Source of the DNA: Euprymna scolopes
Taxonomy: Eukaryota
Reading direction: 5' to 3' (one strand)
NCBI GenBank assembly: GCA_053919585.1
Contig: CM132785.1
Length of the DNA: 64,000 nucleotides
Made by a program: the position numbers and the translations under genes. The notes under the pieces were generated by a model, which saw only the letters and a list, made by a program, of their open reading frames with translations, was not told the origin of the DNA and did no database searches. Below, piece by piece: positions 13,499 through 27,400 of the stretch; position 1 is the first letter of the stretch; the number at the start of each line of letters is the position of its first letter.

Positions 13499-16400
13499 GT
13501 GAATAAGGCAACAATACATCACCTATTAAAGTTGTTTCAATTTTATTACCTATACACTTCTTTAAAAAATAGAATCATTTTTCACCGAAAAAATTCTCGT
13601 ACATTTTCCCGCTAATTTAAAACAATTAGGATAAGTTATTTAACAAAACATTACACGAATTATACACAATATTCTGGGTCATTTCATATATCAGAATACT
13701 AAAACATGTTTAAAATAAAATATACAAATAGATATATTTTATATTATAGTCGTATTCTAACCTCCAGTTCCTCCTCGCAAAATATTAACCAATCGTCTGG
13801 CTTCTGCGATGTCTGGTTCAAGTTCCGGTATTCCTGCTGCTACGCATTCGCTGATGACTTTGATCAGCAATTTTTTATCCCTCTTTTCCATTGCGTTTCT
13901 AAGTTTTGTGCGAAGTTCTTCAGGTGTTTTGGTCCCTATTCATTAAAAGTGATCAAAAATATATTACAATTCGGTTTCTTTTGAAAAGTTAATATATATT
14001 AGTCAGTAAATAGCATCGTAATATCGAATGAAAATATAGTCATTAATTAAACAAACTACAGAACATAGTCATTTTCATTTATTTATGTGCCAGGAATATA
14101 TATGTATATTTTATTATTATAACATAGATTATCTCTTTGCAACTTACTCTTGGTCACTATCCGTCACGATTAACTTAAATTCTTTTCAGTTTACATGATA
14201 TAATTTTAAATCATAAATAAATACATTACGTGTATTAATTATTTCTAATTGTTTCCTATTTATCTAGTGCATATTCAAAATACTTTCCGTGTTAAATGAT
14301 AAAGGAAATAAATAGAACATAAATTGGACTTGTACTAATTTCTTTAGTTAATTTAAGAAAAAATTTCAATGATACAGAAGTGAATAAATGAATTGACGTC
14401 CAACTTATTTTAACATAAATGAAGCAGTTGATATAATACAGTGTGAAAAATATATGCGAAATTTCTTATTTTCTTAATATAAGTCAGTGGGGAAAAAAGG
14501 TGTCGACTACTCTTTCAGATTCTCTCTCATTTTCCTACTTTCAGCGCTTCATTTACACCTCTTTTGCATCACTAACTTACTAAGAGAAACAGAAGATATA
14601 AATAGTAGTATCTGGAGAGTGAAATGTTTAAATAGAGAGAAAGGGAGGGAGAAAATGAAAAGAGGGAGATATACCCAACAGAGAAAAACTAATTTTGTAT
14701 ATTGTCTTGTTTTAAATTTTACTGACTGCAGACTAGCTTTGTTTTCATTAAAACTATCTAACTGGCGCCCAACAAGTCATAATGTTAGTAATACATATAT
14801 AAAAACTCATCATCAAAGTAATTTAGCCTTTAAACAATACGAACTGAAATATAACTTTTTAATTTGATCAAAAGTTTGATATATATTTATAAACTAAAAA
14901 TTGAACAGCATTCTTAGTACGAGTATGTCCAAGTATAATATATTATTATAATTTTACAATTTAAAAAAAAATCATAATAATGAATACTAACTATATTACT
15001 ACGCTATCCTGGCTTTATATAATACCAAACTTATAATTATAAGAACGTTCTATAAGGAAGCAATGTTTCTAACCTCCACGACCACCACCTAGACTGTATA
15101 GTGCGTCTCTGGCATTTTGTAGGCGCCAATTCAATTCTGGGAATGCTGCTCGTTCTGCACCTTCTATTATTCGTTCCAGACTTGTCATGTCTCTTTCGCT
15201 TATCGCTCTTTCTAGAGCGTCTTCTAGCATGCCAAGTGTTATTGTTGAAGATTCTGACAATAAAACAATTTACAATGAATAATTTATAACAAAATAAATA
15301 ATCATAGGAATTTATTTTTATCCTTGTGTTTTTTCTTCCCTTTTTGTTTTGATAGGGAATTATTTTAAACTCTGTTAATTATAGGTTTCTGTAACTATTT
15401 CTATATTTTTCTCTCTTTACACTGTCAACAATTGAAATGATTAAGTGAAATTAATTACTTTAGTAATGGATTTGATTATAATTAATAATCGATATATGAT
15501 ATTTGTCTGTCTGAAATCGAAACTATACTATTACTTTTATAAATACTGGAGATTTATATCTATCGTTATGAAGCCGAATCTATACTATTGTTATATATCA
15601 ACGCTCAATGAGTAGTACAGTGTCTGTGTCTTGTCATGATACCATTCTCCCAGTCATTACTTCTTGTTTTCTTTCAGGGTAGGAATATTTGTTATATTGT
15701 CATGAGAGAATGTTTACACGAATTGTCTCCGCTTTATGAAAGGGAAGTTTATCGTAGTATGTGTTCGTCTGTCAGAATATCATCCCGCCAGAAATTATCC
15801 CGTCTTTTATTTTTTGGCGGGTAGACAGTATATATATGTTCGTTCGTTATATAGACTAGCAAAAATATACGACCAAAAAGCAGCATATTTCTGCTAGTAA
15901 AAATAATAAACCTATTATGAAATATCACAAAACTTCTGTTAGTACTTAATTCATAATTATCATTTAATTACTTAAGTCCTGTTTTGGCAGTAAATGTTTC
16001 ACTTTGAGAAAAAACTAATGTAAAACATGTCATCTAAAAGTAGATATGAAAAGATTTCGAATAAAAATGATGCACGCACCTCCAGCTGTTGAATATTCCA
16101 TGCCAATAAGAGCACCTCTGGCCTTTTTTATGTCAGTATCAAGTTCCGGCATACCAGCGGCAACACATTCATAAAGCACGCTTTGTAAATTATCCTTGTC
16201 ACCTTTTGTCATTGCATCTTTCAGTTTTGCACTTAACGTATCCGGAACTAATGTACCTGGATGTTAAAGGATATAGCACATACTATGACATACTTTAATT
16301 CAGACATGTTTTATTCAAGACAAACGGCAAGATTTTCTTCTTAAATCTATTTGTATATTTGGATTCTTCCAAGATCTTTAGTTTTGAGAAGTTCTACATA

Positions 16401-17500
16401 TTGCTAAGGCTTATCGAAAACATTAGATACTCAGGTCTTTATCTTTTAGATGTAACTTTAAATCTAAATCAAAGTGCTTTATTTGAAGGTTTCTTGAGAC
16501 GCATCAATTCGTAAGTCACTTTTTTTCAATTAATTCTGATCTACATCAACATTAAATTATATAATCTATTCTGTACATAATGATTGAAACGTATTAGTTC
16601 TATTAGATATAATAAGGTGTAAATAGACATTAGTTTCTTGTCTTTGAACAGTCGAGTTATAATATGTATCCTTTTGTCTGCGTTGTTTCAACAATATATA
16701 CACATATAATATGAATAAATTCATATTTAATATGCTCATATATATTTATGTATGTATATATGTATATGTGTATGTGTGTATATGGGTGTGTGTTTCTAAA
16801 AATGCATATATGAAGAACAAACCTCCTCGTCCACCACCGAGTTTCTCCAGAGTGTCTCTTGCTTTCCGAAGGTCGGCTGCCAACTCTGGATATCTAGAGG
16901 ACTCAGCTTCTGTAATGGCCTTATCCAGAACTTTAATGTCCTTTTGTCTAATCGCCATGGTCAATTGGTCACGGAGAATATCGGGAGGTTTTAGATCTAA
17001 TGGGGAAAATGATTGTTTTAAATGAATACGTATTCGAACCTGGTAGGAATATACTATAAAATTCAAACATCACCAATTATTTTACAATTTTACATCATAC
17101 AACGTTAAGTTTTAATTATGTAGTCTATTTAAATAATTCAAAAAATTGTCTCCTTTTTAGATTTAATGATACAATAAAATTATTATATTTTTATATGTTC
17201 AATAGTTATTATTCATGAAGTATATCTAATAAACAGTCAGTTAATATTCAAAGATAATATCAACTCTATCAATATAATGCAACATGGATCAATACGCAAA
17301 CATATACATTTTTATTATCTCTGTATATTGTATATCTACAATTACAGGAAAACTATAATACATATGCTTCTATAACACTATCTTATTATAAAATGTTTGC
17401 ACGTATATGATGCATCTATGTTTTATATCATATCACATATCATATCACATATATAATATATAATATGTATCATACACATATAAATTTGATATTTTATATA

Positions 17501-17535
<35 letters not shown>

Positions 17536-18596
17536 TAAAATTTTATTATTTTACTAATACTCATTACATATGAAAGTATTTCTAACAATATGTGAAATGT
17601 GCTAAATGTATGGACTATCAGCTAGAATCATATAGTGATAAACTTTTGTCTAACCTCCGGTTCCACCTCGAAGAATATCTGCTACACTTCTCGCTTTTTG
17701 GATGTCGGCATCCAGTTCTGGCATTCCAGCAGATACACATTCACTAATCGCCTTGTCCAACACAATTCGATCTTTTGTTTTGATCGCCTCTTTCAGATTT
17801 TCTCGCAAACTCTCAGAAGTCTTTGAACCTGATAATTTCAAGTTGAAAAGTTTATATACAAAATTAAAATAGTATTTTTCTCTCCTCCTTAATAGATCAT
17901 TCAAAATCGGAGGATTGTTGTAAATTATATATCGTCCATGTTCCTATGATACAATAAATATCCACATATTAAAATCTACAAATGTAAAATAGAAAATACT
18001 TATTTCTTATTGCTGACAATTATTTGTTTATAATATATTACGAATGCAAATTTAAAATATATACACATTATTTTAAAATTAACTTTTGCAATAAGCTGTT
18101 CTTTTTCTATTATCTAATGCTAAATATATGCCTTGAATACGAACATCTGATAATAACAATGTTTCTATATTTTGGCAGAGATATTATATTATCAACTTTT
18201 GAGATTATCCTATGCATTATGCACATATGTTCTCTTTCTATATGTACATAATATGCAAGTAACACACCAATATACTTTCTGTTATTTTACAGGGGTTTTT
18301 AATAGGAAAGCAATACTTGAAAATACTTGAAAATACTAATAGTTCTAACCTCCTCGTCCGCCTCCAAGTTTTTCAAGGGTGTCTCTAGCTTTACGTAAGT
18401 CTGAACCAAGTTCTGGAAGAGCCGACTTTTCTGCTTCTTCTATTAACATTTCCAAACCAGCTACATCTCTGGATTTCATGGCTTTCTTCAGTTTATCACG
18501 CAGACATTCAGGGTCAAGATGAATAGTTTCTAACAAGAACAGCAAATAAATTTTTCATTTTGATAAAAATGAAAACTTTGTGCTCATACACACACA

Positions 18597-18670
<74 letters not shown>

Positions 18671-20123
18671 AAGAGAGAGAGAAAAAGAGTGAGAAAAAGA
18701 AAGAGAGAGAATACGCGAACATATTTTACATAGAATAACTTGGTTACATTTCCTTAATATGGTTATTAGAAAAAGATGAATATATCGAGTGTATCATTGT
18801 ACAATAAAATCTTCAATTAATTTTGCAAAATCTCTGAAAATAATCATATTGTAATAAAAAGTATTACAGAAAATATTAAAATAATCCCATTTAACAATCT
18901 AAAAAAGGATTATTATTGTTGTCACTCTGTTTCTCTTGTTTTACTTGAAATACTACGGTCAAAATTCTCACTTTGGACTGAGAACATAATTATATGATAC
19001 CAAAATCCAGTTCTTAAAACTGATAGGAGTAAATTCAATTAAATTTTCAATATACTGACAAGTTTTCACTAATTTGTTAGTAACACTTCGTAAATATTCA
19101 TTTGTTACTGAATTATAATCGCAACATAGAAAAAGAACACAATACAGTATAAAAATGTTTCATTAAATTATAGGTTCGTCTATCATTAAGTATATGTGAA
19201 TAATAATATAATTTAAAAGCATTTCTAATATTACTTTATGTAAGCTCAAATCTACTGAATTTCTACTTTATAGGTTTCCATCCAATATTGCTGACACAAT
19301 GGCTGTCGAATATAAATCCTAAAATGATTTTTAATGCGTAAAATAATTAATTGGTATGGTAAGATGAGTAAATAAGACTTCTAACCATATTTTAAATCGC
19401 GCTCTTCCACTTCCCTGTCGATTTGTCTATCGTCTTCGGTTAATTCTTCATCGTCAATCAATTGAAAGTCTGGTTCACCGAGAATATCATCGAACGGGCT
19501 GGATATCCCTAACAAAAATATAGCAAAAATTCACACACTAATTCGGCATTTTTATAAAATAAAAATCAATTATATTTTATATCAAACTTTATATATATTA
19601 CATAGTGATCAGTTTGCATTTAATCTCTTATAATGAAGAAAAGTTGGGCATTTGGTCCTTTCTCATGAAATCACAGCTGTGCTGAACATGTCATATTTTG
19701 CGTATGCAAGAGGAAATAATTCCAAAAATATTGATGTACAGTCAACTTGACAGTGATCACCGGGCAGTAGGCCGACCATTACGTATGTGCAAGGGCAAAT
19801 TAAAAAGCAATCTCTTAACTGCTAAAATAAACGTCACTTCCTCTCGAAGACTGTGATTGATAGGAATGAATAGAGGTCTACATGCTTCAATGGCATTATG
19901 AAAAATTCAGTATCAAACATTGTCAAACTGCGTCAAATTATGGAAAAAAATAAAGTATCGTCCGTTGTCCCAGCCATATACTCAAACAATCCACATTCTT
20001 GCACAATTTGTGGACTTCTTTGTAGATCATTTTCTGGACTGAAATGTCATCTGAGACTCACACACAAGGTTAAATAGACGAAGTTGTAAGAATCGGATAC
20101 GTCGAAATCGATGGGAGAGTCCA

Positions 20124-20192
<69 letters not shown>

Positions 20193-21232
20193 TATATGTA
20201 TATATATCATAATTATGTAAAGTATAAATATTCCACTAATAATTTTATCTTAAAGGTTTTATATATATGACGTCTCTTTTCTCTTATTACTCAAGTCAGT
20301 AAAATCTATTACATTGTTATTTGCAATTCTGACTGTCATTCATTTGGTTCAATGAAGTTAGAACTATTAGTTCTGTGTTAGACAAAATGTCCATTACATT
20401 GACATTTACGCAGTCTTGGTTCTATGAACTCCTATTATTTAACTTATACACAGAAACATTTTTACATGTAAATGTTCAATGTATATCTAAACCTAAATAT
20501 CCTGTTTCTTTTAAATTACTCTGTAACGATTAATACATCATACATAAAATATTTCTCACCTTCGTCGTCATATTCCATAGATTCTAATACTTTTCTTGCC
20601 ATTTCTATGAGTGGCTCGAGTTCTGGAAAACCTAAGGCTACACATTCGTTTATAAGTTTCTCCAACAGTGGTTTGTCACGGTGCATAAGAGCGTCGGTGA
20701 GTCTATCACGTAGATATTCAGGTGTCTTGGTTCCTATCATCGAGCAGGCATAATTTAAAAACAAAAAAGTGTGATGAAATACAATTAATTTAATTCTAAA
20801 TATTATACAATATTATTGGGTTTACACGCCTGCATATGCATATATATTTCATATATATATAGGTGTGTGAATATATATGCTTATATTTACTATTCTTGAT
20901 AATAACCAATCTTTTAATAATTCAATGTTTTTTAAGATATAACAGCAGAGTATATGAATAAATAACAAGTTTTCTAGATTCCAAAATCTAAGATTTTATT
21001 AATCGTATCAATCAGTTTTTCAAAACAAAAACTTCGGCGTCATTACAAATGTGCCTAGTTCATGAAGGAACCACCGATCTTTGTATATACGTATGTATAA
21101 TACACATATGTTTTATAAGCCAATTTTTCAGTCAGAAGCAAGTTATATACATCATATCCAAACAGTTACATAGATGCATACATTATACTAAAAATTAAAC
21201 AATATAAATAGCTAAATATATGTAAATAAATC

Positions 21233-21308
<76 letters not shown>

Positions 21309-24224
21309 TGATTACAAATATATGATCTTTGGTGTATTTGAGCATCACATTTTTGTACTATTCTTCCGTAAATAATCAACAAAAATAGAAGAAATAAAAT
21401 ACAGCCTGTAAGCCAAGACATTTACTTGCATTTAACTAAGGTAAGTACACAACTAATGTAACAGTAGGTATTAAACTTCTACATATAGTAAAAAAGATAG
21501 ATAAACTAGTATACTTTGTAAAATACATATAGGCCTCAATATAGCAAAATTAAACGTGCAATATATAAATAGAATAATAAATCTGATAACAAAGATGAAT
21601 AGACTTTTTCTGACCTCCATAGCTTCCAACAAGACCCTCTAAAGTTTCCCGCGCTTTCTGTAATCTCGAACTCAATTCCAAATAACCTGCGGCTTCACAT
21701 TCTTCAATTACAGTCGCCAATTTCTTTTGATTCTTTTGTTTCATGGCCAACTTTAGTTGCTCGCGCAAAAATTCTGGAGATCTTATATCTAAATGGGTCA
21801 GAATTTAACGTAAGAGAATACATTAGCTGAAGAAAATAATGCATTCAAGTATTAATTCAAATTGATATTAAAATCTCATACGTATTATAGAATTTTTGAA
21901 ATATACAAATGAAAATTGTCATTTTGTGAATATCTATACAAGAATACAAACTGACTACTAACCTCCTGTTCCTCCTTTGAGAATATCTAGAATTTCTCTC
22001 GCCTCTTGAATATCATCATCCAATTCAGGCATCCCAGCCGCTACACACTCGTTAATAACTCGTTCCAAAACAGGTCGGTCTTTTCTACGCATTGCTTTTT
22101 TGAGTTTGTCTTGTAAAATGATTGAAGTTTTAAATCCTATCGAGAATGGGGAAAAAGAAAATCGCGCAGGATATTTAAAGATATTTGCTAGAAAGACATT
22201 CGAGCTCCTAAATGACAAACCTTATTACATATTTCCATATTTATATATGAAAACAAAAAAAAAATTATATCCTGATATTTTAACTTGCATTTTAAAATTA
22301 ACAAATATAAAATGAATCAATAAGCCACACAAATATTCTATTTGATTATCGGGAACTCTTTCCAATAGCTCTAAACCATTTAAAAATACATTGGTCTAAC
22401 ATTAAACAACTATCCGAATTAAAAAATATTTAAGACTACAAAAACTTATATTTTAATTTATTTCTCACCAGACTGTGTATGACGTAAGATCGTTTTTGAA
22501 AATAAAACATTTATCATAAATCGATAGAATTTATGAGATTTACTACTAAAAACGACTTAATAATAGCTACAGCACAAAAAAGTCTATTTTCCCCGAGCAC
22601 ACGAAAGACTTGCAATTCTAATTCNNNNNNNNNNNNNNNNNNNNNNNNNNNNNNNNNNNNNNNNNNNNNNNNNNNNNNNNNNNNNNNNNNNNNNNNNNNN
22701 NNNNNNNNNNNNNNNNNNNNNNNNNNNNNNNNNNNNNNNNNNNNNNNNNNNNNNNNNNNNNNNNNNNNNNNNNNNNNNNNNNNNNNNNNNNNNNNNNNNN
22801 NNNNNNNNNNNNNNNNNNNNNNNNNNNNNNNNNNNNNNNNNNNNNNNNNNNNNNNNNNNNNNNNNNNNNNNNNNNNNNNNNNNNNNNNNNNNNNNNNNNN
22901 NNNNNNNNNNNNNNNNNNNNNNNNNNNNNNNNGTCTGCACTTGTAATTTTTTCAAAAACTGCAAATTGAAACTAAATTTAATGTAACTGTTTAAACAAAC
23001 TACACCTCATTTGATTCGCCTTTTATTTACCTATAATTTTACCTGTTCATATTTGACTTTTAATTGACATATTCTAGGGTTCACGTCAATTTAAAAAAAT
23101 AACTTCAATTGAGATGGCAAAAAGAAAGTCCGCAGCAACAAATTCGCTTAAAACCAGCTTAAGTTTTCGACCCTAAATCAGTTTAAAATATCCACCAGCA
23201 ATCAACAAAGCATCTCTAATCGTAATTGTTGTTGTTCCAGGTTATACAACGTAACATTTAGTTCATATACCACGTGATCGTCAGGAGCTCATTAATCTCC
23301 ACCTTTCTGGTTTATCAAATCGAGAAATCGACCGCAGATTGAAATGTGATGAGAAAACAGTACGAAAGACTGCAAAGCACCAAACACCGGTAATGTTCAC
23401 GATGTCCCTAAATTTTGTTGTACTAGAGTTACTTTTAACAGGGAAAACAATGTTATCAAAATCCGCAGCCTAAGAAACAGATTTGAAACGGCACCCCAAA
23501 CCGAAGAACAGCGCAATCTTGTTAAAAATGCTCTCTTTCTACTGTCAAGAACAGATTAAAAGACTTTAATTTGCGAGGATATGTTGCAGGACAAAAACCA
23601 ATGATTTCTGTAAAGAACAGAAAGCGCTGTCTGGACTTCGTCAGATGAAGTGAAGATCATGACGCTTTATATTGGCCAAAAGTGCTTTTTAGCGACGAAG
23701 GCAAGCTCAGTAGGCTAGGCAGTGATGGTAGGCAGTACCTCTGTCGGAGGAAAAACGAAGAATTTAATCCTAGGTGCTCAGTTTCAACGTTACAAGGTGG
23801 TGGAGTTTTGGTGTGGGGCATTATTAGTACCAATGGTCCAGGGCCTATAGTTCGCTTGCAAGGTGGAATTAATTTGACTAAATACATTAATATGTTGACT
23901 GAGGATCTTCTACCATACTTTGGTCGGAATTTGGATGATAATCCCATCTTCATGCAGGATAATGCTCCCATTCACACAGCTGGCAATGTCAAGAGGCTTC
24001 TGGAAGAGCATTATATTCCGTATTTGGATTGGCCTGCACAATCTCCAGACCTCAATCCTATCGAAAATGTATGGCATTAAGCATTAAGTTAAATATGAAC
24101 AGGTAAAATTAATGAAGAATAAAAGGCGAATCAAATGAGGTATAGTTTGTTTAAACAGTTATATTAAATTTAGCTAAAATTTGCAGTTTTTGAAAAATTA
24201 CAAGTGCAGACTTTCTTTTTGCCG

Positions 24225-24260
<36 letters not shown>

Positions 24261-24629
24261 CGGCAAAACGTGCGGACNNNNNNNNNNNNNNNNNNNNNNN
24301 NNNNNNNNNNNNNNNNNNNNNNNNNNNNNNNNNNNNNNNNNNNNNNNNNNNNNNNNNNNNNNNNNNNNNNNNNNNNNNNNNNNNNNNNNNNNNNNNNNNN
24401 NNNNNNNNNNNNNNNNNNGTAATTATCAGGATTAGCGAGCAAACTTTGTTATTGTGCGAAGCAAATATTACAAATTTTAAAGCACGATAAAACTAAACAC
24501 TTTTCAGAAATCATTTCTATCTTAACTGGTTTTTTAAAGGTCTTAACAGCTTGTGGAAGAGACTAGTTGTGATCTAAATAATTTTTCTAAGGTTTTTGCT
24601 TAGATTTTGTTTTCATTTATTCTTAAGGA

Positions 24630-24676
<47 letters not shown>

Positions 24677-25117
24677 ATATCAATAACATGAAATATTGGT
24701 ATATTAATCCGCTTTGAGAGGTTATGCGCACGTCTGTCTGTATTAATGTTTACATAACTGATATTACCGAAAATTCAGAAGACTGAATGACATTTATATA
24801 GAAGTTTTGTTCTGTTATATCGCTTTATAACATGGAACGGCAACAATTACGATTAGAGATGCTGTGTTGCTTAAAAGATGGATATTTTAAGCTGGTTTTA
24901 AGCTCATTTGTTGCTGCAGAGTCTCTTTTGTCCTTCTCAATTTGAAGTTATTTTTTTAATTGTCGTGAACACTAGGATACTTCAATTAAAAATCAAATAT
25001 GAACAGGTACAATTGTAGAGGAATAAAAAAGGCGAATCAAATGAGGTATATGTTGGTTAAACAGCTTTAATTTGTAATTTTTGAAAAAATCACAAGTGCG
25101 AACATTCTATTTGGTGC

Positions 25118-25174
<57 letters not shown>

Positions 25175-27355
25175 GTGATTAATTAAGTTCTACTATATTG
25201 TTAACATGAATTAAACTAATAATATATTTTCAAAAGTGCTCAATACGTGCGTAGTACTTATAAATAAATAAAATTATACGAACATTGTAAAGAGGCTAAG
25301 CAGATCGACCTAAGTTTGCATATTTCGATGTCTCGTCAGAACTTCAACCAGACCAGACATGTAAACGTTGAAACTTTGATCGATCTNNNNNNNNNNNNNN
25401 NNNNNNNNNNNNNNNNNNNNNNNNNNNNNNNNNNNNNNNNNNNNNNNNNNNNNNNNNNNNNNNNNNNNNNNNNNNNNNNNNNNNNNNNNNNNNNNNNNNN
25501 NNNNNNNNNNNNNNNNNNNNNNNNNNNNNNNNNNNNNNNNNNNTTAAGTTTGTCTTTTTTACAAAACGATTAGTATTATTTTTATGATCATGTGATACAC
25601 AGTGTTCATCAATATTGTATGTTGCATGCTGATGCTAACCTCCTCGACCTCCTCCAAGGTTTTCTAGAGCGTCCCTTGCTTTTCGAAGGTCTTTTCCTAA
25701 TTCGGGATAAGCGGAGATTTCACATTCTTCAATCACCATTCTTAATGACGATATATCCTTTTGTTTCATAGCAGCTTTCAATTTGTCACGCAAAGTGCTT
25801 GTTGTTCTCGGTCCTACATGCCAAAAACAAAGAGATATTTTCGTTCAGTCACAGATTACCTTTTAGATGACATAGTATCTTATCAATGGCTATTTATGTA
25901 GATTTCTTATGTACTTAAATGTCTGGATTTAATCAACATTATGAAAACTGCCTCAGATATTATTGACAAAATGTGTTTTTCCTTAATTCAACAATTCATA
26001 AAATTAAATCAAATAAAACCAGTTGTGCTTATATATTTTAACAACTCGTGAGTATTGCAGCTATTTTCATAATTTAGACTGTTATGCCTATCTTAGTTAT
26101 TGTCGTGTTCACAAGGTTTCTTTCGTGTTTCTCTTCAACGTTCTTTTCAATATAAGAGTAGATAATTGACTAATATATTTATTAGCTAGTAATATTAAGA
26201 ATTAAGCACGTAGTTCACTAAACAGAAATCAAACGGAATCCAAGTGTTGATCCTGATTATATAAATCAGGATTGTGGAAAAAGGGACTAAAAATATATGG
26301 GCGTACATGAAGACAACGGAATTTCGGGATGGGATGTTACAATCTTGGAGAAACGACCATTTAAAACTTCTAAAAGGTATCAATATAAAAAGAGTTGGGC
26401 ATCAACAAACCTTCTGGATTGTCTTCCATTTCTTTCAGGATTTCTCGGGCCTTTTCTATTTCGGAATTTAATTCTGGGAAACCGGACGCTACACATTCGT
26501 TAATTATGTGCTCTAATACCGATTTTTCTTCACGTTTTATGGCTCTCTTCAATTTTGCCAGCAGCTTTTCAGGAGTCTTTACTCCTAATAGATTTTGTAG
26601 AAAGAAGTACACGTGAATCAAATAAACTATTTTATGCAAAGATTGTCACAAGAATACAAATAGTGTTATTCACAATACACAATTATATTTTCACTGTGCA
26701 CATATACAGAGTAATCCAAAACTAGGTGGACAGTATGTGAAATATTTTTATATATCAGTTATATTATTACAAATGTGTTCATAATAAGTATTTTTTGCAA
26801 GATGAGACCCATTCGCATTATCCAAGAGCAGCCTGTGAATATCTTTATCAACTATTTCCTGAGAAATGGGGTTCTAGTACATATTGTGAACCAGATTCTC
26901 GTAAATATCCCGTAAGGCTAGACTGGAAACTTACGCAAACCGCCAAAATATTCCAAGCGATGCTAATCAGGATGATACAACAGACGCGATTAGCCTATAA
27001 GCAGCCGAGCAAACGACTTTCGATAAATTGGAAGTAAAGGAAAAATACAATAAAAAACATTTTTGCTTATTACTTTTAAACCATGGAAGGCGCGTGGCAA
27101 TGAAAAAAAAAACTGTGTTGGACAAGTTAGTACAGACGCCCGATCAAGTCGAGGCGTACTGTCAACAGGACAAATTCATAGCATCTGAAATGAGTTGCAG
27201 GATATGGCCATAAAAATAATCTGACGAACAGAATATGAGTTGGCTCAGAACATACCGTTACCGGTGTAGGGAACCGTAAACCCCAACTCTAAATCCTGAC
27301 CCCCACCATCAAAATAGTTTTTAAATACTTGAGAAATAAATGGTTATACTTATTT

Positions 27356-27400
<45 letters not shown>

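Noticed and set aside
15780-15900. Two short hairpins (cccgcca...tggcggg; ctagca...tgctag) as regulatory structures
   Set aside because: Most likely ends of a decayed TE; not enough evidence to classify.
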